Program-made: the position numbers and the translations under genes
Shown here: positions 30,028 to 39,244 of the stretch, in pieces
How positions within the stretch are numbered: the stretch's first letter is position 1
Layout of the letters: each line of letters opens with the position of its first letter
Origin: Candidatus Thorarchaeota archaeon
GTDB taxonomy: Archaea > Asgardarchaeota > Thorarchaeia > Thorarchaeales > Thorarchaeaceae
NCBI GenBank assembly: GCA_016839445.1
Contig: JAEOUG010000039.1
Location: 2,933-66,932 of the forward strand
Direction of reading: 5' to 3'
DNA: 64,000 nucleotides
Notes under the pieces: model-generated
Databases searched by the model: none
What the model saw: only the letters and a program-made list of their open reading frames with translations
Told to the model about the DNA's origin: nothing

Positions 30028-30164
30028 TGTGCAAAACCTCGGCGTGTGATTTGCTGGGAAACTCCATGGACCATCTAAGAACCTTGCGATACGCGCTGGC
30101 ACCCTGGCAAGGAGAACCGCAATATCCAATAGAGTTGGAGAAAGCGATTGTAATGGCGTGAATA

Positions 30165-32195
30165 GTGACGAGTAGGGGACTGCCACCAGAGCTAGAAGAG
30201 TACGCTGAAGTGGAGTCCATCGACTGGAAGGAAGTGAAGAAGAGCAGCAGCGAATTGAGGAAGAAGGGAGCGAGCGAGGTGGCATCAGTGACCGATGCGC
30301 TGGTGGAGTTCGCAACCAAGGAGAGCATGAAGAAGGATCCTGACCCCTCCATCATTTCCGCTGGTGTCCATGCCTCGCTAATGAGGGGCCGTCTGGCGGA
30401 GGCTCTGTTTCTCTCCACAGAGGTCCAAGATGTCGAAGTGATGGGGCTGAGAGCAATCGTTCTCTTCGTGCTTTCTGATGTCGAGGAGCTTAGAGAAACC
30501 CTTGCAGGGCTGGAAGCAATTGTGGATGACAAGTCCCCTACAGAGGACCTTGTACGACTCAGCACCGTGAGAGTGCTTCTGGCAGCCGCAGAGAGAGACA
30601 CAAGTGTGATCATGTGCATCATGGAGTTTGATGCGCTGCTTGAGGAGTATCCTGAGCAAGTGGAGGAGCCATTAGTAGAAACGATGTTCACTATGTATGT
30701 TGTTGGCTCGCTCCTAAGAGAGATTGGCGAGGCAGCAAGGGCATCACGTATTGTAGACACACTAGAGAAGATGGCTCAATCGCGCAAGCACAGGATGTTT
30801 CTAGCCTTGGTTGAGAATCTCAGGGGCCACATATGCAGTCTCCAAGGCGACCTTCGCAAGGCAGAGGAACACTATCTCGAGTTGGAGAAGATTAGCAGAG
30901 AGATGAGCTTCAATCTCGGACTGGGAATGGCCCTGAACAATATCGGAACGCTCAGGATTAACGCTCTGCGTCTTGAAGAAGCTCTGGATCTATTCAAAGA
31001 ATCACACAAACTCATGGACATGGATGTAGGAAGAGTAGTCAGTCTCACAAACCTTGGGGAGATAGCCACGATTCTAAGGGACTACGATGAGGCTGACAAG
31101 TACCTCAAAGAGGCGGTCCGACTTGATAGGAAGACGAAGAAAGGCGTGGTAGAGGCGTACGCATGGAGGACCATCTTGCTCTCCCGAACTGGGAGCTTCA
31201 AAGACGCCCGCGACCTTCTGAAGGAGACTGAGAAGATTGCAGAGGCATCGGAAAAACCTCTGACTAGATGCGCGCATCTCTTCGCCAAGGGAATCTACGA
31301 GCACCAGAAAGGAGACTCGAAGAAGGCCATTGGCACGCTGGAGGAGCTGCTGGGCATAAGTCAGAAGGAGGGCCTTTTCGAGTATCTCATTCGCTCAGAG
31401 CTTGAGCTGTCAAGCGTTTATGTTCACCTGTTCTCAAAGGCAAGGAATTCTGAGCATCTTTCAAGAGCGGCATATCACCTCAACGACCTGATTCAGGTGG
31501 CAAAGGAACAGAACCTCCAGTCCCTCTATGCCTCAGCTTTGCTGGTAAGGAGCGACATGTTCGCTATAGCCGGGCAGGACTGGGAAGCGAAGAGCGACCT
31601 TGAGCGAGTGAAGAAGGTATCAGAGTATCTCGAAGACACGAGGTTGGGCAGGGAAGCCAGTCAACGGCTAAGGACGTTGACTTCGGACAAGGCCATTAAC
31701 TCCGTGGACCAATCAGGCGTTGCTGAGAAACTGGACAGAATGGCCGTGTACCGACCGACTGTATCGAAACCTGTTGAAGTACCGGCTCCTGACCTTCACA
31801 CGCTCATCGCGATGGACAGGATATCGGGCCTGCCTGTCTATGTCTTCAACTTTGGCGAGACAATCGGAATGGACAGCTCGCTTTTGGGCGGCTTCATTTC
31901 TGCAATAGCCGCGTTCTCGTCCGAACTCATGGGTGAGACCGGCCTACTTCGATCCATCACGCATGAGGGCTTCACTTTCATGATGGAACACAGCCCAAAC
32001 CTCATCATTGCCCTGATAGCCGACGAAGAGACGTTCAAGGTCAGATATCTGCTCAGCGTATTCGCCAAGCGATTTCAGGAGGAGTATCCTCACGTAGCAG
32101 GGACAGATGGCGTAGACACGGCGCTATACCAGGGTGCTGATGATTTAACCAGAGAAGTCTTCTCGGAGATTCTGATGGAATCAGATGAGGAGTAG
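30165..32195 (+). CDS. TPR-repeat protein with a C-terminal longin/roadblock-like domain
   Basis: 676 aa with a GTG start. The central region holds repeated TPR-like helices (ALNNIGTLRINALRLEEALDLFKES...LTNLGEIATILRDYDEADKYLKEA). The last ~130 aa read ISGLPVYVFNF...LLGGFISAIAAFSSEL...GFTFMMEHSPNLIIALIADEE...FAKRFQEEY, which suggests a b-b-a-b-b-b-a pattern. Confidence 0.7.
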   Translation: MTSRGLPPELEEYAEVESIDWKEVKKSSSELRKKGASEVASVTDALVEFATKESMKKDPDPSIISAGVHASLMRGRLAEALFLSTEVQDVEVMGLRAIVLFVLSDVEELRETLAGLEAIVDDKSPTEDLVRLSTVRVLLAAAERDTSVIMCIMEFDALLEEYPEQVEEPLVETMFTMYVVGSLLREIGEAARASRIVDTLEKMAQSRKHRMFLALVENLRGHICSLQGDLRKAEEHYLELEKISREMSFNLGLGMALNNIGTLRINALRLEEALDLFKESHKLMDMDVGRVVSLTNLGEIATILRDYDEADKYLKEAVRLDRKTKKGVVEAYAWRTILLSRTGSFKDARDLLKETEKIAEASEKPLTRCAHLFAKGIYEHQKGDSKKAIGTLEELLGISQKEGLFEYLIRSELELSSVYVHLFSKARNSEHLSRAAYHLNDLIQVAKEQNLQSLYASALLVRSDMFAIAGQDWEAKSDLERVKKVSEYLEDTRLGREASQRLRTLTSDKAINSVDQSGVAEKLDRMAVYRPTVSKPVEVPAPDLHTLIAMDRISGLPVYVFNFGETIGMDSSLLGGFISAIAAFSSELMGETGLLRSITHEGFTFMMEHSPNLIIALIADEETFKVRYLLSVFAKRFQEEYPHVAGTDGVDTALYQGADDLTREVFSEILMESDEE

Positions 32196-32249
32196 CTGGT
32201 AGGGCTTATAACGCGTCACTCTTTCGATTGTCTGTGAGGATCTCCTCTG

Positions 32250-33914
32250 ATGACGCCCTTGGACAAGATTCAGTCTATCTTGAAGAGAGGTGAAACGAGG
32301 AACACCGAGTTCAAGAGGAAGCTAACCAAGGCCGATTTGAAGAAGGACAGGCTGGAGAAGCTCGTCACAAGAATCCGATACATGACTTGCGAAACGCCAT
32401 TCGAGGGCACCTTTCTGCTTGGCATCGAGGACATAGGAGGCAGAGAATGGAAGATACATGGACTCAGCGAGCAGTCCCTTGTGACGGCAGAGAGAATCTT
32501 GGCGAAGCTCTGCGAAGAGGCCTCTGTTGAGATAGTTGAAGAAGAGCGCGCAGAGACAGAGGAGGGTCTGGTCGGAATCTATCTCCTGAAGAGAATCGAA
32601 GCACGAGAAGTCAAGGAAACGTGTTCAATCAATGTGGCGGGCCGTGTGAACTCCGGGAAATCGAGCCTGATCGGTGCGTTGGTGACAGGAAGGCCGGACA
32701 ACGGCAAGGGGAGGGCTCGGTCGCTTCTCCTCAAGCATCCTCAGGAAATCACTCGAGGGCAGACAGCAGACATACATCTCGCCTTCATGGGCTTCGACGA
32801 AAGCGGCGTTAAGATCGCAACCGAGAACCCTCTGAGCAAAGAGGAGTCCGCCCGGGTCCTGGACCAGTCAGTGAGAATAGTGACGTTCTTCGATGCGCCA
32901 GGCCATAGGGAGTATAGCAAGACCATGATTCGTAGCATACTCGGGGCAGATGCTCAGTACGGTCTTGTTCTGATTCCAGGCCCAGAAGAGGCCCACCTAA
33001 TCAGGCAAGAAGAACAGAAGACAGGCACTCCCCGACTAGATGAGATAACTAGAGAGCACTTGATTCTCATGTCGAACCAAGAGGCCCCGCTCATTGTAGC
33101 CTTGTCCAAAGTCGACAGGACAAAGGACAGTGAGATGGAACTCGTCATGGGTGTACTTCGCAGAAGCCTCAAGGACATGGGTCGAATCCCGGTGATCGTT
33201 CGCGAGGAGGCAGAAATCGCACCCGTCCTGCGAGAGATACGAAATGGTGTTATCGTTCCAATCTTCCTGACATCTGCACTGGACAGCTCATCACTAAGTC
33301 TGCTCAGCGCATTCCTCAAGCAGATTCCACTTGATTCCACGAGATTCTCTCCTTCAGACCCAGCGAGGGCGTACGTAGACAAGGTATACAGAGGAATCAA
33401 AGGAACCAACGTCGTTGTCACTGGGACTGTCAGCTCCGGTCTTTTCAAGAAGGGGCAGGTTGTCGCAATCGGACCGTCTTCAACCAACAGTTTCCAAGAG
33501 GGCAGGCTATTCAGCATAGAGATGTTCAAGAAGAGAATCGGGAGCGTGAAGTCCGGAGACCTCTTCGGATTCGATATCAAGGACGTCGACGCGCACGAAG
33601 TGCGCAGAGGGCAGCTCGTTTCCGACCCGGAATACAACTCCAATGGGTGCCGCTCCTTTGAAGCGAACATCGTGGTGACGAGGCATCCCACGAGAATATC
33701 TGTCGGCTACTCCCCAGTCATGCAGAGTCACACAATTCAGCAGACGGTAGTTCTGAAGAGAATCTACGAATCAGACTACCTTAGCGTTGGAGACTTCGCT
33801 CGCGTAAGACTGGAGTTCATGACCTCCCCCGAGGCCGTGACTGTGGGAGACAAGATTGTGCTGAGAGAAGCCAACACTCGAGCAATCGGCACGATTGTGG
33901 AAACACTCAGCTAG
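32250..33914 (+). CDS. Translation-factor-type GTPase, GTPBP1-like (COG5258-like)
   Basis: G1 GRVNSGKSSL, G3 DAPGHREY, G4 SKVD, and an EF-Tu domain-II-like VTGTVSSGLFKKGQVVAIGP. The N-terminal ~110-aa extension starts ...GETRNTEFKRKL. Confidence 0.85.
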   Translation: MTPLDKIQSILKRGETRNTEFKRKLTKADLKKDRLEKLVTRIRYMTCETPFEGTFLLGIEDIGGREWKIHGLSEQSLVTAERILAKLCEEASVEIVEEERAETEEGLVGIYLLKRIEAREVKETCSINVAGRVNSGKSSLIGALVTGRPDNGKGRARSLLLKHPQEITRGQTADIHLAFMGFDESGVKIATENPLSKEESARVLDQSVRIVTFFDAPGHREYSKTMIRSILGADAQYGLVLIPGPEEAHLIRQEEQKTGTPRLDEITREHLILMSNQEAPLIVALSKVDRTKDSEMELVMGVLRRSLKDMGRIPVIVREEAEIAPVLREIRNGVIVPIFLTSALDSSSLSLLSAFLKQIPLDSTRFSPSDPARAYVDKVYRGIKGTNVVVTGTVSSGLFKKGQVVAIGPSSTNSFQEGRLFSIEMFKKRIGSVKSGDLFGFDIKDVDAHEVRRGQLVSDPEYNSNGCRSFEANIVVTRHPTRISVGYSPVMQSHTIQQTVVLKRIYESDYLSVGDFARVRLEFMTSPEAVTVGDKIVLREANTRAIGTIVETLS

Positions 33915-35565
33915 TGGGGAAGGGCTCATGCCGAAGAATCCTCCTCTCTGAGAGGACTTCAACTACCGGCCAAAGGCTGACACTCGTTCTCGAGGAATCC
34001 AAGAGCAACCCTCTTCTCCAAGTTGAGGGTGATGAGACAACGGCATATGCAGATTCCTCCAATCTGAATACTGTTGCCTCTAGGGAGTTCTCTAGAGCGA
34101 TCTTCAGGACGCCTTCATACTCACCGTGCAACAAGAAGTCAGGTTTCACTCCCAGATGATGGAAGTCCGGCACGATGACGATTCGCTTCTTCTTGACCAA
34201 TGAATCGACGACATGAGGGGAGCCAATCAATGAGTTCAGGACTATCTCTCTCTTCCCGAGCAGTAGTCTTTCAAGCACTGCTCGCTCTGTCGCGTTGAGT
34301 GTGGAGTCACTGGGCGCGATCTCTGCTTGGAAGGTGATTAATGGATTACTCCTGACTCCAAAGAACTGGAGTGCCCTCTGAATGATCTGTGACCCTTGAG
34401 AGATATGCCCTCCTGTAGATGGATATACATCCTCAAGATTCAGGATGTAGTCAATTCGCTCGATTCTTTGCGTGCCACTCTGGCCAATCTGCAGCGTGCC
34501 AGCGGCATTTCCCTCTCTGAATGAGACCTGGGCCCAAGCTTCTGCTTCATCAGCCCGCGCCCCCTTTCCGAGGGATAGGCCGAGCCCCTCGGGAACGGAA
34601 AGCACTCGAGGAGACAGATGGACACTTGGGAGCTCAAACCTGCTATTCTGAAGCTTTCGTGGAGAACTGCACTCGTTCGCGTAACCTGCAATCTTATGAT
34701 ACTCCTCCGTGCCGATTGGCAATACACACTCGTCGTGTATCGCTTTCAGCGCATGGGAGAAATCTGTCAGTGAGGGGTTTGGCTCTGTGCGGGAGAGCAG
34801 AGTTCTAAGCCACTGATATTGTGGGCTCCTGTATGTGTCAACATGCGTGGCTAGGTGCTCCACCAGGGGCGTCCAAGCCGTATCCTTACTATGACCCTGC
34901 CAGTTCTTCAGCCACTCACTTCTCCTGTTTGGCTTCATCAGCGTGGTCGCCAGAGAGTTGCCAATCAGACTGGGCACCTCGGACTGCCTCTGCTTGACTG
35001 GAAGCATGACCACAAAAGCGACCCGAGAGAGAAGAGCATCGCTCCAGCTCTGTCCGAGTTGACCTTCATCAAAGACCACCTCTCCATCATCGGTGAATGC
35101 GGACCCGAACGATTGAGGCTGACTTGCATCAAGGGCCTTCGCAACGAACAGGTTCGGGAAGTCAGGTTCCTTGGATGCGAGGAATCTTGATACTCTCCTC
35201 AAGGCCTTTCTGAACTCGGATCTCAACTCCTCCGTGGCCTCAATCCGCTTCTCCTCTGGCGTCAGTTCTCGAGGCTTCTCGAATTTAGCAAGAAGACGGG
35301 AACTCCTTCGTATCGCTGCGTAGTTGGAGGGCTCCAGGTTCTCGCCAATGACCATAACGCCGGCCTGTGTGAAGAAGTAGACTCGAACTCGATCGAGGGA
35401 AATCACTGATACAAGGTATGTAACACCTCTAAGCTTGCTGAAGTGCTTCCTCATTGTTGCTGCCTTCACTCGAAGGACTTCGACGGCTGCAGCACCCGTT
35501 TCATTGAATTGTCGCTCGCCAAAGGCTGCGATCTCCTTTGGGACTTCTCGAGCACTTCGTGGCAC
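33907..35565 (-). CDS. Hypothetical protein, no recognisable family
   Basis: 552-aa ORF with ordinary globular composition. It overlaps the GTPase stop convergently by 8 nt. A possible wHTH lies near the C-terminus (TERAVLERLLLGKREIVLNSLIGSPHVVDSLVKKKRIV). Confidence 0.55.
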   Translation of the reverse strand: MPRSAREVPKEIAAFGERQFNETGAAAVEVLRVKAATMRKHFSKLRGVTYLVSVISLDRVRVYFFTQAGVMVIGENLEPSNYAAIRRSSRLLAKFEKPRELTPEEKRIEATEELRSEFRKALRRVSRFLASKEPDFPNLFVAKALDASQPQSFGSAFTDDGEVVFDEGQLGQSWSDALLSRVAFVVMLPVKQRQSEVPSLIGNSLATTLMKPNRRSEWLKNWQGHSKDTAWTPLVEHLATHVDTYRSPQYQWLRTLLSRTEPNPSLTDFSHALKAIHDECVLPIGTEEYHKIAGYANECSSPRKLQNSRFELPSVHLSPRVLSVPEGLGLSLGKGARADEAEAWAQVSFREGNAAGTLQIGQSGTQRIERIDYILNLEDVYPSTGGHISQGSQIIQRALQFFGVRSNPLITFQAEIAPSDSTLNATERAVLERLLLGKREIVLNSLIGSPHVVDSLVKKKRIVIVPDFHHLGVKPDFLLHGEYEGVLKIALENSLEATVFRLEESAYAVVSSPSTWRRGLLLDSSRTSVSLWPVVEVLSERRILRHEPFPTS

Positions 35566-35673
35566 AGTTCAGGACCCCTTCTGTGCTAACCGGAGGCTCC
35601 TGATAAAGCTGAGTCAGGATGCCCTATGAGATACGCTTAATTTGGTTCAGACTGCGACAATCTTGAACCACAA

Positions 35674-35826
35674 ATGCAATTCGACTTCACACTACTCATC
35701 ATATGGTATATCGTTCCGTTCTTGATCCTCGGGGGTAGAGCTGCTCTCGCAGGGTATCGTACGAAGAGGAAACGAGATGAGATCAGGAAGCTCGAAGAGA
35801 GTGTGACACCCTTCTCTAAGGAGTAG
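35674..35826 (+). CDS. Candidate 50-aa single-pass membrane protein (below the ORF-track cutoff)
   Basis: My translation is MQFDFTLLIIWYIVPFLILGGRAALAGYRTKRKRDEIRKLEESVTPFSKE, one TM helix plus a basic/acidic tail. It fills an otherwise empty 265-bp gap. Confidence 0.3.
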   Translation: MQFDFTLLIIWYIVPFLILGGRAALAGYRTKRKRDEIRKLEESVTPFSKE

Positions 35827-35830
35827 GAGT

Positions 35831-36439
35831 CTATGCTGGCTCAGGTGCGGTGTCTGAGTCGCCACCTTCATACATTGGCATGAGCAAGTCGCGGGTTGGA
35901 GTGGTGTTCATGACCACATCGAGCGTTTCGTCATTTCGCATGAGAATGCAGCCCAAGAACTCGTACTCGAACTTGTCCAGTCGGATGTTGACTCCTCTGC
36001 GAGGTATCTGGGTAAGAAGGAGGATGATGGAGAAATCCCCTCTAGGAAGCTGATTGAGAATTCCTCGCTTCATATCAGGTTCGAGCTCGCCCTCAAGCTG
36101 TTTCGTCATTATCCCTCGTTCGATGAAGTTGTATCTGATCCTCTCGAACTCGCCAGAGGCGCTCTTCTTTGGACGTATGAAGGAGATTGAGTAGCCAAGA
36201 CGCTTCAAGGAGTTGTATCCAATGAGGGTGCGGTAGAGGGGTGGGCTTAGTGATTCAAGCTCGACCTTTCGGAGCTCCACCAGCTCTCCGTTTCGACGCA
36301 CCTTCAGGTTCATTTGATACACGGTTCCAATTCGTTCTTGTACAATGCTGAGTAGAACATTCCCCTTTGTAAAGGCTTCTGAGAAACGATTCCGCAGAAG
36401 GGGTAGGACAGGCGTTCTGTACGAGGCACATCCGTGCAT
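35831..36439 (-). CDS. Hypothetical protein
   Basis: 202-aa ORF whose ATG lies 3 nt after the stop of the upstream prenyltransferase-repeat gene, so the two are probably co-transcribed. I recognise no family. Confidence 0.5.
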   Translation of the reverse strand: MHGCASYRTPVLPLLRNRFSEAFTKGNVLLSIVQERIGTVYQMNLKVRRNGELVELRKVELESLSPPLYRTLIGYNSLKRLGYSISFIRPKKSASGEFERIRYNFIERGIMTKQLEGELEPDMKRGILNQLPRGDFSIILLLTQIPRRGVNIRLDKFEYEFLGCILMRNDETLDVVMNTTPTRDLLMPMYEGGDSDTAPEPA

Positions 36440-36442
36440 GTC

Positions 36443-37321
36443 CTATAAGTCTGCGTAACACCTCTTGAGAACCAGTACTAGGATGGAGGTAAGTCGGGGG
36501 TCGCTCTTCTTGGCACCCATTGGAGCCCATCCCCCATCATCTCGCTGAGACTCGATGATGAATTCCAGACCAGCTCCAACCAACTTCGTCTCGATGTCAG
36601 ATTGAGGCTTTCCGACAGCTGGCAGGTCTGCCATGTCGAACAGAGACTTTGCCTCAATGCAGTCCTTGAGATGCTGCATCAATGCAGCTCGGCCGTCTCT
36701 CACGACCCTATGTTCTACGGGCACTCCTGCCAAGCTGAGACCTTCCAAGATGTTACCAGTGGCCAATGGATCCGAAACGCCTTGGTCTTTGTAGTCTGGC
36801 CAGTGACCGTCCTCGTTCTGTGAATAGATCAAGAAGTCACGAGCCTTTCGGAGACGAGCTTCATCCACGCCATCAGCCAGCGCAAGAGCACCGAGGCCTT
36901 TGCCTGTTAGCCAAGTGACGCTCTTTCCAACAGGGTAGAAATCGCGTCCTCCTGCTGAGCCCCAGTAGTCCTCGATGTATGGGTCCAGATTGAGAGCCTC
37001 AGCGAATCCGCCGTCCTTCTTCTGCCTCGAGACGAGAAACTTGGTCAGCTTCTTCGATACCTCTGCGAAGGAGGGCCAAGAGGCAACTAGGGTCAGCATC
37101 TCTGCGGTCTCCTTCACTGAACCAGGAGCTCCCACACGGTAGCCGAAAGAAATGCCTCCATCCTTGTTCATAGATGCCTTGATCTCGTTGAGGATCTGCG
37201 TGCGGACATCTTCGGATGTCTCAATGCCAGCGGCCAGAGCCCTGACCTTATCAGAAGTATTCCCGTGTTCCATTATGTACGTGCGAGCATCATGGTGTAG
37301 TCGTGCATCCATCTCCTTCAA
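36443..37321 (-). CDS. Prenyltransferase/squalene-cyclase-repeat (alpha/alpha toroid) protein
   Basis: 292 aa with four spaced repeats: NKDGGISF, QKKDGGFAE, QNEDGHWPD and QRDDGGWAP. Confidence 0.6.
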   Translation of the reverse strand: MKEMDARLHHDARTYIMEHGNTSDKVRALAAGIETSEDVRTQILNEIKASMNKDGGISFGYRVGAPGSVKETAEMLTLVASWPSFAEVSKKLTKFLVSRQKKDGGFAEALNLDPYIEDYWGSAGGRDFYPVGKSVTWLTGKGLGALALADGVDEARLRKARDFLIYSQNEDGHWPDYKDQGVSDPLATGNILEGLSLAGVPVEHRVVRDGRAALMQHLKDCIEAKSLFDMADLPAVGKPQSDIETKLVGAGLEFIIESQRDDGGWAPMGAKKSDPRLTSILVLVLKRCYADL

Positions 37322-37446
37322 GTCCTCCGGCGTAAGTGTACAGCCCAGCTATGTGGGACTGCAAAACTAGATGGTTTCGTACGGCCCAATTCAAGTGGCA
37401 CTCGTACTATTCCATCAAGTGAGTATTAAACGTTCCCCGAGATGTA

Positions 37447-37713
37447 TCAGTCTTCATCCTCAAAGAACTCTAGAATCATCTTGCGCCGTTCTCGGCGTTC
37501 ATCTTCGCTCATCTCGTCGGATTTTGCCTCAGCGTCCTCGACAACGACGATCTTCTCACGCGGTGTGTGCTTTATCCGATACTCAACCTTGTAGTCTGGT
37601 TCTGTGCGCAAGGACTTCTCATGTCCACACTCGCGGCACTTCAGGACGGGATTCTTCCGGCCTTCCACTTTCTTTGGAAGCATCATTGCTCCACATTTCT
37701 CACAGAATTCCAT
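37447..37713 (-). CDS. Zinc-ribbon protein related to the N-terminal ribbon of RpoM/TFS, with an acidic tail
   Basis: MEFCEKCGAMMLPKK...LKCRECGHEK (CxxC...CxxC) followed by ...EDERRERRKMILEFFEDED. There is no second TFIIS-type ribbon. I prefer ATG 37713. Confidence 0.6.
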   Translation of the reverse strand: MEFCEKCGAMMLPKKVEGRKNPVLKCRECGHEKSLRTEPDYKVEYRIKHTPREKIVVVEDAEAKSDEMSEDERRERRKMILEFFEDED

Positions 37714-37895
37714 TGATATCCCCCGCGTTGAAATGATTCGCGCGAACGTCACCCGTTCTCATTTAAGTTTGACGTTCTGTCTAGCCCAGACGACTTCTCT
37801 CCAGAAAGAAAGACTTATGACAAATCAGCAGGCGTGCGAAGCCAAGTGCGACTGTGAGTGGTTCCACACAGTCACCACCCAAGGAGCGTGAACTA

Positions 37896-39224
37896 ATGGT
37901 TAGAGTGAAGCCGTTTAGGGCCTTCAGATTCAACAAGGCAAAGGTTGGCAACCTTGACCGAGTTGTGACTCCCCCCTATGACATCATAAAGGGCGCGAAG
38001 GTAGACGAGCTCCAGAGCCTGTCTGAGTACAACATGGCCTGGATTATCAAGAACAAGCCCACTGATTCTGACACAGAATCTGAAAATCAGTACACCCGTG
38101 CAAGCGTGAAGCTGGACATGTGGATGAAGGACGGCGTCCTCGAACAAGACGCTGAGGAGAGCTTCTACGTCTACGGACAGAACTTCGAAGTGGATGGAGA
38201 AGAGCTGTTCAGATTCGGATTCATAGGACTGATAGAGCTTGAGGAGTTCGCGTCTGGAGAGCCATCTACCGGCCCGTTCTCGGGAGTGCTACAACACGAA
38301 GAGACTCTGCCAAAAGATATCCAGGACAGGTTGAGCCTGTGCCGTGCGGCCATGGCCAACTTCGGACAGATCTTCGTGATCTATCCGGACCATGAAGGAA
38401 CAGTGGATTCACTACTCAAGGAGAAGATGAAGGACGACCCGGTGGCAGATGTCACAGATGCCGAGGGAGTTCGACACAGAATCTGGAAGATAGATGAGAA
38501 GGACAAGACCGAGAAGCTCTCTCAGGCAATGGAGTCAAGGTACGTCATCATTGCAGACGGACATCACCGATACAAGACAGCCCTTGCGTTGTCAAAGGAG
38601 AATCCAGAACTCCAATCAGCCAAATACCGGATGCTGACCTTTGTGAACATCTCGAATCCCGGGTTAGTCGTCCTTCCAACTCACAGACTGGTTCAGAATC
38701 TTGAGGACTTCTCAAAGGACAGACTACTCAAAGACATCGAGGAATACTTCGATGTGGAGGCCTTTGGCGACAAGAGCGAGATGTTCGATCTGATGAACAA
38801 GGACTTCAAGAAAGGGAAACACGCCTTCGGCCTCTTCGTGGACGACGGGAAGTTCTACACGCTCACTCTGAGGAACACAGACGTGATGGCGAAGTTACTC
38901 CCAGACAAGTCGCCAGAACTGCGGAAACTGGACGTAGCCATCTTACATACCCTGGTTCTTGACAAGATGCTTGGCATCGACAAGGAGAAGCTTGCTCAGG
39001 GCACAATGAGTGGTGGTGGTTTCGTCACGTACATAAAGGGGATTGGTGACGCAGTTGACGAGTCCATCAGCGCTGTGAAGGGCTCTTCTCAGGCAGTCTT
39101 CTTCATGAATCCCACCAGGATAGAAGAAGTCGAGGCAGTGTCCAGGAATCTGGAATGCATGCCCCAGAAGAGCACATTCTTCCATCCGAAGGTGTGGACA
39201 GGATTCACAATCTACAAGCTATAG
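37896..39224 (+). CDS. DUF1015-family protein
   Basis: The start MVRVKPFRAFRFN...VVTPPYDII is the characteristic DUF1015 N-terminus, and IIADGHHRY is also present. GGAG lies 11 nt upstream of ATG 37896. Confidence 0.85.
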   Translation: MVRVKPFRAFRFNKAKVGNLDRVVTPPYDIIKGAKVDELQSLSEYNMAWIIKNKPTDSDTESENQYTRASVKLDMWMKDGVLEQDAEESFYVYGQNFEVDGEELFRFGFIGLIELEEFASGEPSTGPFSGVLQHEETLPKDIQDRLSLCRAAMANFGQIFVIYPDHEGTVDSLLKEKMKDDPVADVTDAEGVRHRIWKIDEKDKTEKLSQAMESRYVIIADGHHRYKTALALSKENPELQSAKYRMLTFVNISNPGLVVLPTHRLVQNLEDFSKDRLLKDIEEYFDVEAFGDKSEMFDLMNKDFKKGKHAFGLFVDDGKFYTLTLRNTDVMAKLLPDKSPELRKLDVAILHTLVLDKMLGIDKEKLAQGTMSGGGFVTYIKGIGDAVDESISAVKGSSQAVFFMNPTRIEEVEAVSRNLECMPQKSTFFHPKVWTGFTIYKL

Positions 39225-39244
39225 TAGGCAAGGTGTAAGGAAAC

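Noticed and set aside
30028-30315. An N-terminal extension of about 95 aa on the TldD ORF (MRTPPAHRSLMPPRSLPSSSIRCCSSSLPSS...).
   Set aside because: The extension is low-complexity and overlaps the divergent TPR gene start. TldD-family similarity begins only at LDILEKAV, so the TTG at 30027 is the more plausible start.
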